A stretch of DNA of 64,000 nt from Candidatus Latescibacterota bacterium (GTDB lineage Bacteria > Latescibacterota > UBA2968 > UBA8231). Under the pieces are notes generated by a model, which did not search any database, was not told the DNA's origin, and saw only the letters and a list, made by a program, of their open reading frames with translations. Shown in pieces: positions 18,868 to 28,019 of the stretch (its first letter is position 1; each line of letters starts with the position of its first letter). The position numbers and the translations under genes are program-made. The stretch spans positions 224,001 to 288,000 of the forward strand of contig CBDCSU010000005.1 in NCBI GenBank assembly GCA_965221775.1, written 5' to 3'.

Positions 18868-20448
18868 GTGGCCCCTGCCCGCCTGGCCGCGGCCCTCGGC
18901 GCCCTGCTGCTGCTGGGCGCCTGCGGCGGCGGCCCCGCCCCCGAGGCGCAGAAGGTGCTGGTCTTCGGACGCGGCGCCGACTCCGTCGGCCTCGACCCGG
19001 CCCTGGAGAACGACGGCGAGTCCTTCAAGGTCTGCGACAACATCTACGAGACCCTGGTCACCTACGAGGCGGAGTCGACCCAGGTACTCCCTCAGCTGGC
19101 CCGCCGTTGGGAGGTCAGCGACGACGGCCTGCGCTGGACCTTCCACCTGCGCACCGACGTGCGCTTCCACGACGGCACGCCCTTCACCGCCCAGGCGGTT
19201 CTGTTCTCCCTCGGCCGCCAGTTCTTCCCCGACCATCCCCGGTACCGGCCCGCCGCCGGCAACTACAAGTACTGGAAGGACATGGGCATGGACGACATCG
19301 TCGCCCACATGTCCGCCCCCGACGACTCGACCTTCGTCATGGAGCTGGCCGCCCCCAGCGCCCCCTTCCTGTCGACCCTGGGCATGAACTTCTGCGGCAT
19401 CGTCTCGCCGGCGGCGGTGGAGCGCCACGGCGCCGACTACTTCAAGAACCCGGTGGGCACCGGTCCCTTCCGTTTCGTCGAGTGGCGCAAGGACGAGCGC
19501 ATCGTCCTCGAGCGCTTCGACGGCTACTGGGGCGAGGCTCCGCGGATCGACCGCCTCGTCTTCAAGTACATCCAGGACGCCTCGGTGCGCTTCCTCGAGC
19601 TGCGCGCCGGCGACGTCCACGGCGTCGACAACCTCAACCCGGAGTTCATCGAGAGCATCCGCTCCGACCCCGAGATCCAGCTCCTCACCCAGCCCGGGAT
19701 GAACGTGGGCTACCTGGCGATGAATCTCGACAAGGAGCCCTTCGGCGACCTGCGGGTCCGCCGCGCCGTCAACCACGCGGTGAACAAGCAGTCCCTGGTG
19801 GACAACTTCTACGCCGGCCTGGCGGTGCCGGCCAAGAACCCGATCCCGCCCGTCATGTGGAGCTACAACGACGACGTGGCCGCCTACGAGTACGACCCGG
19901 AGCGCGCCCGGGAGCTGCTCGCCGAGGCGGGGCTGGCCGGCGGGTTCTCCACCGAGCTGTGGGTGCCCCTGGCGACGCGGCCGTACATGCCGCAGCCGGA
20001 GAAGATCGCCCAGGCCCTGCAGGCCGACCTGGGCCGCGTCGGCATCGAGGTGGAGCTGGTGACCACCGAGTGGGCCACCTACCTCGACAAGGTCTTCGAC
20101 GGGCAGCACGACATGTGCCTGCTGGGATGGACGGGCGACAACGGCGATCCCGACAACTTCCTCTACGTCCTGCTGGACAAGACGGCGGCGGTGAAGCCGG
20201 CCCAGAACGTGGCCTTCTACCGCTCCGACGAGCTCCACGAGGTGCTCGTCGAGGCCCGCCACAGCGTCGACCCCGCCGAGCGCACCCGGCTCTACCGCCA
20301 GGCCCAGGAGATCGTCCACCGGGACGCGCCGTGGGTGCCGCTGGTGCACGCCACGCAGACAGCCGCCTTCCGCAGCGACGTGGGCGGCTTCGCCCTGCAC
20401 CCCACCGGCAGCAAGTGGTTCCAGCCCGTCTACTTCGCGCCGCGGTGA
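18868..20448 (+). CDS. dppA: Dipeptide ABC transporter substrate-binding lipoprotein
   Basis: Lipobox LGAC; family 5 SBP signature (F.LR.DV.FHDGTPF), GTGPF, GWTGDNGDPDNF. Confidence 0.88.
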   Translation: MAPARLAAALGALLLLGACGGGPAPEAQKVLVFGRGADSVGLDPALENDGESFKVCDNIYETLVTYEAESTQVLPQLARRWEVSDDGLRWTFHLRTDVRFHDGTPFTAQAVLFSLGRQFFPDHPRYRPAAGNYKYWKDMGMDDIVAHMSAPDDSTFVMELAAPSAPFLSTLGMNFCGIVSPAAVERHGADYFKNPVGTGPFRFVEWRKDERIVLERFDGYWGEAPRIDRLVFKYIQDASVRFLELRAGDVHGVDNLNPEFIESIRSDPEIQLLTQPGMNVGYLAMNLDKEPFGDLRVRRAVNHAVNKQSLVDNFYAGLAVPAKNPIPPVMWSYNDDVAAYEYDPERARELLAEAGLAGGFSTELWVPLATRPYMPQPEKIAQALQADLGRVGIEVELVTTEWATYLDKVFDGQHDMCLLGWTGDNGDPDNFLYVLLDKTAAVKPAQNVAFYRSDELHEVLVEARHSVDPAERTRLYRQAQEIVHRDAPWVPLVHATQTAAFRSDVGGFALHPTGSKWFQPVYFAPR

Positions 20449-20504
20449 GCCGCCCGCCGGCGGCCGCCGGCGCCGGCCCCCTCCGGTGAAAGCCCCGCCG
20501 GGCC

Positions 20505-21509
20505 GTGACCGCCTTCATCCTCCGGCGCCTGACGCTCCTGGTCCCGACGGTGCTCGGGATCTCGGTCCTCGTCTTCCTGATGATCTACTTGGTGCCGGGG
20601 GACCCGGCCCAGGTGATGCTCGGCGAGCGCGCCAACGCCGAGACCCTGGCGGCCCTGCGCCAGGAGCTGGGCCTCGACCAGCCCTTCCACGTGCAGCTCG
20701 GCCGGTTCTTCGCCGATCTGATGCGCGGCGACCTGGGCCGCTCTTTCCGCACCCACGAGCTGGTCACGGTGGAGATCTTCGACCGCTTTCCGGCCACCTG
20801 CGAGCTGACCCTGGCGGCGATGTGCTTCGCCATCGCCGGCGGTCTCGCCCTCGGCATGGTCGCCGCCGTGCGCCGCGGCGGCTTTCTCGACCACCTGAGC
20901 ATGACCGCGGCCACCGCCGGCATCTCCATGCCCGTGTTCTGGCTGGCCCTCGTCCTCATCCTGCTGCTGGCCGTGCAGCTGCCCCTGTTCCCCATCTCCG
21001 GCCGCATCTCCGCCCACACCTACATCGAGGCGCGCACCGGCTTCTACATCCTCGACGCGCTCCTGGCCGGCGACCTGGCGGCCCTCGGCGACGCCCTGCG
21101 CCACCTCGTGCTGCCGGCCCTGGCCCTGGGGACGATCCCCCTGGCCGTCATCGCCCGCATGACCCGCTCCAGCCTGCTGGAGGTGCTGGGCGAGGACTAC
21201 ATCCGCACGGCCCGCGCCAAGGGCCTGGCGCCGATGCCGGTGCTGGTGCGCCACGCCCTGCGCAACGCCTTCATCCCCACCCTGACGGTGATCGCCCTGG
21301 AGTTCGGCTACCTTCTCGGCGGCGCCATCATCACCGAGACGATCTTCGCCTGGCCCGGCATCGGCCGCTGGCTCTACCTGGCGGTCCTGGCCCGGGACTT
21401 CCGCGCCGTCCAGGGCGGGGTGCTGCTGCTGGCGACGCTCTTCATCCTCATCAACCTCGCCGCCGACGTGCTCTACGCCTGGCTCGACCCGCGCATCCGC
21501 TATGACTGA
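20505..21509 (+). CDS. dppB: Dipeptide ABC transporter permease
   Basis: PGDPA, GDLG.S, EAA loop DYIRTARAKGL, DPRIR end. Confidence 0.92.
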   Translation: MTAFILRRLTLLVPTVLGISVLVFLMIYLVPGDPAQVMLGERANAETLAALRQELGLDQPFHVQLGRFFADLMRGDLGRSFRTHELVTVEIFDRFPATCELTLAAMCFAIAGGLALGMVAAVRRGGFLDHLSMTAATAGISMPVFWLALVLILLLAVQLPLFPISGRISAHTYIEARTGFYILDALLAGDLAALGDALRHLVLPALALGTIPLAVIARMTRSSLLEVLGEDYIRTARAKGLAPMPVLVRHALRNAFIPTLTVIALEFGYLLGGAIITETIFAWPGIGRWLYLAVLARDFRAVQGGVLLLATLFILINLAADVLYAWLDPRIRYD

Positions 21510-22755
21510 GACGAGGAGGGAACCCGTGGCACAGGACCAGGAGATCAAGGTGGGTGTCGTCGGGGTGCGGCGCGGCGAGAGCTTCATCAAGGGAGCCACC
21601 GGCGCCGTGGGCATGAGGCTGACGGCGATCTGCGACGTATGGGAGGAGCGCCTGGCGGCGGCGGGGCGCAACTACGGGGTGGCCACCTTCACCGACTACG
21701 GCGCCTTCCTCGACAGCGGCCTGGACGCGGTGATCCTGGCCAACTACTTCCACGAGCACGCCCCTTTCGCGGTGCGCGCCCTGGAGGCCGGCAAGCACGT
21801 CCTCTCCGAGACGGCGGCCAACGGCACCCTCGCCGACGGCGTCGCCCTCTGCCGCGCCGTGGAACGGTCGGGATGCATCTACATGCTCGCCGAGAACTAC
21901 TGCTACACCCTCTTCAGCCAGGAGATGCGCCGCCTCTACCAGACCGGGGAGATCGGCCGGGTGACCTACGCCGAGGGCGAGTACAACCACCCCATGGCCC
22001 CCGAGGCGCGCCTGCGCCTGGCCCCCGGCGAGGACCACTGGCGCAACCGGATCCCCTCGACCTACTACTGCACCCACGCCCTGGCGCCGCTGGTCTACAT
22101 CACCGGCTCCCTGCCCCGCATGGTGAACGGCCTGTCCATCTCCGCCCCCGAGGTCGAGGAGGAGACCGTGCGCCGGGGGGACGCCGGCTCGGTGATCCTG
22201 TGCCGCACCGACGACGGCGCCGTGTTCCGCATCTTCGGGCTGAGCCTGCCCGGCCACAGCAACTGGTACCGCGTCCACGGCACGGGCGGAGCGATGGAGA
22301 TCGCCCGCGGACCGGGTTACTTCGGACCGGGCCACGTGCGGGTGTGGCACGAGCCGTGGAACCAGTGGCCCGGGCAGCCCCTGGAGCGGTCCTACCTGCC
22401 GGAGTGGCCGGAGCACGCCGAGCTGGCCGAGCAGGCCGGCCACGGCGGCGGCGACTTCTGGACCAACTTCCATTTTGCCCGGGCGATCCGCTCGGGCGAG
22501 GCGCCATTCCTCGACGTGTACCGGGCCGTGGCCATGAGCTCCGTCGGCATCCTCGCCTGGCGCAGCGCCCTGCAGGAGGGGCAACCGGTGGAAGTCCCGG
22601 ACTTCCGCGACGAGGCGCAGAGGGCGCCCCTCGAGGACGACACCTGGTCGCCCTGGCCGGGAGGGGATCCGCGGGCGCCGTCGAGCATCCACCCGGCCCG
22701 GGAGCCGAGCGCCGAGGCCCTGGAGCGCGCCCGGCGGATCTGGGAGGAGCTGTGA
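21502..22755 (+). CDS. Gfo/Idh/MocA family oxidoreductase
   Basis: Rossmann VGVVG, AGKHVLSE, YAEGEY.H, YCTH, GHGGGD. Confidence 0.88.
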   Translation: MTETRREPVAQDQEIKVGVVGVRRGESFIKGATGAVGMRLTAICDVWEERLAAAGRNYGVATFTDYGAFLDSGLDAVILANYFHEHAPFAVRALEAGKHVLSETAANGTLADGVALCRAVERSGCIYMLAENYCYTLFSQEMRRLYQTGEIGRVTYAEGEYNHPMAPEARLRLAPGEDHWRNRIPSTYYCTHALAPLVYITGSLPRMVNGLSISAPEVEEETVRRGDAGSVILCRTDDGAVFRIFGLSLPGHSNWYRVHGTGGAMEIARGPGYFGPGHVRVWHEPWNQWPGQPLERSYLPEWPEHAELAEQAGHGGGDFWTNFHFARAIRSGEAPFLDVYRAVAMSSVGILAWRSALQEGQPVEVPDFRDEAQRAPLEDDTWSPWPGGDPRAPSSIHPAREPSAEALERARRIWEEL

Positions 22756-22833
22756 CCCTGCCGACGGCCGCTTGACCATCTGTCGGCGGCTCCCGTACTT
22801 GCACCCTTCCCTCGACCCCGCGCACAGACGACG

Positions 22834-23529
22834 ATGGAACCCGAACTGACCCCGGAAGAGCTGCGGATCCTCGGTGCCCTGATCGAGAAGGGGATCACGA
22901 CACCGGACTACTACCCCATGACCCTGAACGCCCTGACGGCGGCCTGCAACCAGAAGTCCAACCGCGACCCGGTGCTCGAGTACGGCGAGAAGACCGTCGT
23001 GCGCGCCCTGGACTCGCTGCGCGACAAGGGGCTGGCGCGCGTCGTCAGCGGCCCCGACATGAGGGTGCCCAAGTACTATCACCGCTTCACCGAGGTCCGG
23101 GAGTTCTCCGCTCCCGAGGTGGCGGTGCTCTGCGAGCTGATGCTGCGGGGGCCGCAGACGCCCGGCGAGTTGCGCAGCCGCGGCAGCCGGATGCACCCCT
23201 TCGAGAGCCTCGCCGAGGTCGAGGCCGTGCTCGAGTCCCTGATGGAGCGGCCGGCGGGGGCTGCCGTCGTCCGCCTGCCGCGGCAGCCCGGGTTCAAGGA
23301 GTCCCGCTTCGCCCACCTCCTCGGCGCTGCCCCCGTGATCGAGGAGCCCGCCGCGGACGGCCCGGACGGGGCCGGTGACTCCGGGGGGGGCCGGCCGGAG
23401 GCCGCCCGCCTGGCGGCAGCGGCCGAGGACGAGAGACTCGAGCGCCTCGAGGCCGCCGTCGCCGGCCTCGTCGAGGAGATCGCTTCTCTGCGCTCGGAGT
23501 TGAAGGAGTTCAGGGGGCAGTTCGAGTAG
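22834..23529 (+). CDS. yceH: YceH/DUF480 family protein
   Basis: LIEK..TTPDYYPMTLNAL..ACNQKSNRDPV, LMLRGPQTPGELR, coiled-coil tail. Confidence 0.9.
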   Translation: MEPELTPEELRILGALIEKGITTPDYYPMTLNALTAACNQKSNRDPVLEYGEKTVVRALDSLRDKGLARVVSGPDMRVPKYYHRFTEVREFSAPEVAVLCELMLRGPQTPGELRSRGSRMHPFESLAEVEAVLESLMERPAGAAVVRLPRQPGFKESRFAHLLGAAPVIEEPAADGPDGAGDSGGGRPEAARLAAAAEDERLERLEAAVAGLVEEIASLRSELKEFRGQFE

Positions 23530-23540
23530 GGTTGCAGCGG

Positions 23541-24398
23541 ATGACCAGTACCTCCAGGAGCCCCATCACCGACGCCATGCCGGAGGTCGACCGGGAGCTG
23601 CGGTTCCACCCCGTCCACCACGACCGGCCCCGATGCCTGACCCCCGCGCAGCTGCGGCAGTTCGACGAGCTGGGGTACATCTTCCCACTGCACGTCTTCA
23701 CCCCCGCCGAGGCCGCGGCCAACCGCGCCTACTTCGACGACTTGATGGACCGCGCCGCCGCCGCCGGCTGGGACGCGTACTCCATCAACGGCTGGCAGCG
23801 CCACTGCGCCGGCATGTGGGACCTGTGCGCGGAGCCGCGCATCCTCGACTACGTGCAGGACCTGCTCGGCCAGGACCTGGTCTGCTGGGGGGCGCACTTC
23901 TTCTGCAAGCAGCCCGGGGACGAGCGCCGGGTGAGCTGGCACCAGGACGCCTCGTACTGGCCCCTGACCCCGAGCCGCACCGTCACCGTGTGGCTGGCCA
24001 TCGACGACGCCGACGAGGAGAACGGCGCCATGGCCGTGGTGCCGGGCTCCCACCTGCACGGCCAGATCCCCTTCGCGCGCAGCGAGGCCGGCGAGCGCAA
24101 CGTGCTCAACCAGACCGTCGTCGATCCCCGCCGCTACGGCGGCGATCCGGTGTCCTTCGTCATGAGAGCGGGGCAGATCTCCCTGCACACCGACCTGCTG
24201 CTCCACGGCTCCAACCCCAACCTCTCCGACCGGCGGCGCTGCGGCCTGACCATGCGCTTCGTGCCTCCCGAGGTTCGCGCCCACAAGGGCTGGAACCGGG
24301 GCGCCATCATCTGCCGCGGAGCGGACCCGGACGGCCACTGGCACCACCACCCGCGGCCCGAGGGTGAGGTGATCCCGAGGAGGGGGGATGGCGGGTGA
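23541..24398 (+). CDS. Phytanoyl-CoA dioxygenase (PhyH) family Fe(II)/2OG enzyme
   Basis: WHQD (HxD), WLAIDDA..ENG.M.V.PGSH, LHGS.PN...RR. Confidence 0.88.
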   Translation: MTSTSRSPITDAMPEVDRELRFHPVHHDRPRCLTPAQLRQFDELGYIFPLHVFTPAEAAANRAYFDDLMDRAAAAGWDAYSINGWQRHCAGMWDLCAEPRILDYVQDLLGQDLVCWGAHFFCKQPGDERRVSWHQDASYWPLTPSRTVTVWLAIDDADEENGAMAVVPGSHLHGQIPFARSEAGERNVLNQTVVDPRRYGGDPVSFVMRAGQISLHTDLLLHGSNPNLSDRRRCGLTMRFVPPEVRAHKGWNRGAIICRGADPDGHWHHHPRPEGEVIPRRGDGG

Positions 24399-24416
24399 GC
24401 CCGAGGGGATCGACCG

Positions 24417-24722
24417 ATGAGGAAACACCTGCTGCACTGGACCACCGGGCTCGGCCCGACCCTGCTGTCGTCCCAGGCGGCGGCGCAGGACGACCTGACC
24501 GAGGTGCCGCTGGTTCCCAGCCCGTCAATGACCCCGGTCGCCTCGCCGGCCACCTCGGGCCGCGCCGGGTCACGTCCATGCCCGAGGGCATGACCTGGAG
24601 ATCGACGGCGCGACGACGCGGTACCGCCTGCGCGGGCAGGAGCGCGATCCCGGCCTGCTGCCGGGGGCGCTGATCCTGGCGGGCGGGCTCAACGGCATCC
24701 AGGTGATGGAGGTTCCGAGATG
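24417..24722 (+). pseudogene. Probable frameshifted remnant of an exported protein
   Basis: SD + ATG with a signal-like start (MRKHLLHW...AAAQDD) closing at 24593; coding-like segments continue in the other two frames. Confidence 0.35.
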
Positions 24723-25463
24723 GAGATCGCCGCCCGCGGCCTGGCCAAGCGCTTCGCCTCCGGCGTCGAGGCACTGAGCGGCGTCGATCTGGCCGTCGGG
24801 CGCGGGCGGTTCGCCTCCGTCGTCGGGCCTTCCGGCTGCGGCAAGTCCACCCTGCTGCGGCTGGTGGCCGGCCTCGAGGAACCATCGGGCGGGGCCCTCT
24901 CCGTCAACGGGCGAGCCCCGCGGGCACGCGGCGCCGACGACTTGGGATTCGTCTTTCAGGACCCCACCCTTCTGCCCTGGCGCTCGGTGGCCGGCAACGT
25001 CGGGCTGCCCCTGCAACTGCGCCGCACTCCCGACCCGGGGCGGGTCCGTGAACTCCTCGAGCTGGTGGGCCTCGCCGACTTCGCCGACGCCTTTCCGGCG
25101 CAGCTCTCCGGCGGCATGCGCATGCGCGCCGCCATCGCCCGGGCCCTCGCCATCGGCCCCCGGCTGCTGCTCCTCGACGAGCCCTTCGGCGCCCTCGACG
25201 AGATCACCCGGCAGCGCCTCAACGAGGAACTGCTGCGTCTGTGGCAGGCGGACGGCTGGACCGGCCTCTTCGTCACCCACAACGTGGCGGAGGCGGTCTT
25301 CCTCGGCCAGCAGGTCCTGGTCATGAGCGCCCGGCCGGGGCGGATCCTGGCCGACATCGACGTTCCCTTCGAGTACCCGAGAGATCCGCTCCTGCGCACG
25401 GCGCCGGAGTTCATCGGCCTGGCGGGAGAGATCTCACGCCGGCTGGCCGAGGCGGACGCCTGA
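24720..25463 (+). CDS. NitT/TauT family ABC transporter ATP-binding protein
   Basis: GPSGCGKST, LSGGM, LLLDEPFGALD, VTH. Confidence 0.93.
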   Translation: MEIAARGLAKRFASGVEALSGVDLAVGRGRFASVVGPSGCGKSTLLRLVAGLEEPSGGALSVNGRAPRARGADDLGFVFQDPTLLPWRSVAGNVGLPLQLRRTPDPGRVRELLELVGLADFADAFPAQLSGGMRMRAAIARALAIGPRLLLLDEPFGALDEITRQRLNEELLRLWQADGWTGLFVTHNVAEAVFLGQQVLVMSARPGRILADIDVPFEYPRDPLLRTAPEFIGLAGEISRRLAEADA

Positions 25464-26245
25464 TGCAACGCCTGCGCGCCCTCGCCTCCGGCGGCCTGCC
25501 TCCCCTGCTGTTCTTCCTCCTCGTACTCTGCGCCTGGCAGGGCGCCGTGACCCTCTTCGACATCAAGCCCTTCCTGCTCCCCGGCCCGCTGCTCGTGGCC
25601 CGCGCCGCGGCCGAGAACCTGCCCCGCCTGCTCTCCGCGGCCCTGCTGACCGCCGTCGGGGCTCTCCTCGGCCTCTGCCTCAGCCTCGCCTTCGGCTTCC
25701 TGGTCTCCCTGCTGTTCTCGCAGTCGCGGCTCATCGAGCGCAGCCTCTACCCCTACGCCATCTTCCTGCAGACGGTGCCCATCGTCGCCGTGGCGCCCCT
25801 CATCGTCCTCTGGATCGGCTACGGGCTGCCGGGTGTGGTGGCCGTCGCCTTCATCCTCTCCCTGTTCCCGGTCATCGCCAACACCACCGCCGGCCTGACG
25901 CGCGTCGACCCCCGTCTCCTCGACCTCTTCGCCCTCAACAACGCCAGCCGCTGGCAGGTCCTCTTCCGGCTGCGCGTCCCCGGGGCGGTGCCGCAGATGC
26001 TCACCGGCGCCCGGATCTCCAGCGGCCTCTCCGTCATCGGCGCCATCGTCGGCGAGTTCTTCGCCGGCTACGGCACCCGGGACTTCGGCCTCGGCTACCT
26101 GATCATCCTCACCAACGGGCAGGCGCGGACCGACTACCTCTTCGCCTGCATCCTGTTCTGCACGCTCCTGGGCCTGTCGATCTTCACCGCCGTGGGCGCC
26201 CTGAGCGGCTTCCTGCTCAGGCGCTGGACCGGCACCACGAACTGA
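25463..26245 (+). CDS. NitT/TauT family ABC transporter permease
   Basis: TGATG coupling; QTVPIVAVAPL, GAIVGEF, GLGY. Confidence 0.9.
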   Translation: MQRLRALASGGLPPLLFFLLVLCAWQGAVTLFDIKPFLLPGPLLVARAAAENLPRLLSAALLTAVGALLGLCLSLAFGFLVSLLFSQSRLIERSLYPYAIFLQTVPIVAVAPLIVLWIGYGLPGVVAVAFILSLFPVIANTTAGLTRVDPRLLDLFALNNASRWQVLFRLRVPGAVPQMLTGARISSGLSVIGAIVGEFFAGYGTRDFGLGYLIILTNGQARTDYLFACILFCTLLGLSIFTAVGALSGFLLRRWTGTTN

Positions 26246-26255
26246 GAGCGACCCC

Positions 26256-27221
26256 ATGTCCCTTCCGATGCTCGCGCTTCTCGCCGGCCTCCTCGCCGCC
26301 TGCTCGCCCCGGGAAGAGGAGCCCGCCGCCGGCGCCCTCCCCCGGGTCCAGCTCGCCCTCAACTGGTTCCCCGAAGCCGAGCACGGCGGGTTCTACGCCG
26401 CCCGGGTCCACGGCCTCTACGAGGCCCGCGGCGTCGACGTCGACATCCTCGGCGGCGGGCCCGACGCCCCGGTGATCCAGCGCGTCGCCACCGGCGAGGT
26501 CGCCTTCGGCGTGACCAATGCCGACGACGTCCTCTACGCCCGGGCCCGCCAGGCCCCCGTGGTGGCCCTCATGGCCTCCTACCAGGTCAACCCGCGCTGC
26601 ATCATGGTCCACCGCGCCTCGGGCATAGAAGAGATCGGACGGATCGAGGGGATCACCCTCGCCATGTCGCAGCGCCCGGCCTACTCCCACTACCTGCGCT
26701 GGAAGTACCCCTTCAAGGACGTCCGCATCGTCCCCTACCCCGGCAACGTGACCCGGTTCCTCATGGACGAGGACTTCGCCCAGCAGGGCTACGTCACCAG
26801 CGAGCCCTTCGTGGCCCGGGCCCGCGGCGCCGACCCCAGGGCCCTGCTGGTGGCCGACATCGGCTTCAACCCCTACGCCACGGTCCTCGTCGCCAGCGAG
26901 GAGACGATCGCCGGGAATCCGGGGCTCGTCGCCGCCGTGGTCGGCGGCAGCGTCGAGGGCTGGGAGAAGTATCTGGATGATCCGGGGCCCACGAACCGCC
27001 GCATCCACGCCCTCAACCCCGAGATGAGCCTCGAGGTCCTCGCCTACGGCGCCGAGGCCTCGACGCCCCTGGTCCTCGACGAAGTGGCCCGCGAGAAGGG
27101 CATCGGTGTCATGACCCTGGAGCGCTGGCGGGAGTTGTGCTCGCAGATGAGCGACGCCGGGCTGATCGAGGCGGAGGAGGTCGCGGTCGAGGCTGCCTTC
27201 ACGCTGCGCTTCCTGCAGTGA
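26256..27221 (+). CDS. NMT1/THI5-like ABC substrate-binding lipoprotein
   Basis: Lipobox LAAC; LNWFPEAEHGGFYAA...G.Y, GGP motifs. Confidence 0.88.
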   Translation: MSLPMLALLAGLLAACSPREEEPAAGALPRVQLALNWFPEAEHGGFYAARVHGLYEARGVDVDILGGGPDAPVIQRVATGEVAFGVTNADDVLYARARQAPVVALMASYQVNPRCIMVHRASGIEEIGRIEGITLAMSQRPAYSHYLRWKYPFKDVRIVPYPGNVTRFLMDEDFAQQGYVTSEPFVARARGADPRALLVADIGFNPYATVLVASEETIAGNPGLVAAVVGGSVEGWEKYLDDPGPTNRRIHALNPEMSLEVLAYGAEASTPLVLDEVAREKGIGVMTLERWRELCSQMSDAGLIEAEEVAVEAAFTLRFLQ

Positions 27222-27260
27222 CGCGAGGGCGCGCCGGGGCGGAGACGCCAGCCGAGCCGG

Positions 27261-28019
27261 CTAACGCAGACCCGTGAAGAACGCGGCCCTCTCCAGGCCG
27301 CGGCCGGTGCGCACCTTGCCGTACTCCAGCTCCAGGGTGCGGCCGCCGCTCTCGATGATCACCAGGCGGGGCAGGTAGAGGTCGGTTCCGGGCAGCCGGC
27401 GGAAGCGCTGCAGGCGGCGCGACCACAGCACCCCGCCCCCCGGGGTGAGGACCTCCTCGCCGACCACGAAGCCGCGGTTCAGGTCCAGGGTCAGGCGGCG
27501 CGGCGGCAGGTCGGCGGTCTTTATGGGGACGACGGCGAGGCCGCCCAGCGGATGGGTGACCCTCGAGGTGTCCGGGTCTCCGGGCACGACCACCCCGAGC
27601 AGGAGCCACCGGGGATCGTAGCCTCCGGTGTCGATCCCCAGGAAGTAGTCGAGACCGTCCTCGGCCTGAAGGACCATGGAGCGCCCCTCCACCACGGCCA
27701 GCAGGCTGTCGGCCTCGACCACGGCGGAGAGGACGTGAACGAACAGCGGGCCCTGCACGTCGAGGCGCATCAGGTCCGGGGGCCGGAAGAGGATGGAGGC
27801 GTCGAGGCCGTTGCGGCCCTGCTCGTGGGTGAGGGTGAGCCGGGCCTCGGCGGTCAGGTCGTCCAGAGCCTGCACCGCGGCGAAGTCCGCCCCCAGGAGG
27901 GCGGAGACCTCGCCGGCGCCGCCCGGCCAGCCGTCGCGGGTCACGGGCGGCGGGGGCCCGCAGGCGTTGGTGACCGCCGCCGCGATCAAGGCGGCGACCG
28001 CGGCTCGACCGGCCCTCAA
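27261..28019 (-). CDS. LolB-like/DUF4292-like lipoprotein
   Basis: TTG start overlapping upstream TGA; lipobox-like TNAC; RPPD.MRLDV.GP.F pattern; follows a TPR gene. Confidence 0.6.
   Translation of the reverse strand: MRAGRAAVAALIAAAVTNACGPPPPVTRDGWPGGAGEVSALLGADFAAVQALDDLTAEARLTLTHEQGRNGLDASILFRPPDLMRLDVQGPLFVHVLSAVVEADSLLAVVEGRSMVLQAEDGLDYFLGIDTGGYDPRWLLLGVVVPGDPDTSRVTHPLGGLAVVPIKTADLPPRRLTLDLNRGFVVGEEVLTPGGGVLWSRRLQRFRRLPGTDLYLPRLVIIESGGRTLELEYGKVRTGRGLERAAFFTGLR

Noticed and set aside
23541-24398. Possible Fe/2OG halogenase
   Set aside because: It retains the HxD carboxylate ligand typical of hydroxylases
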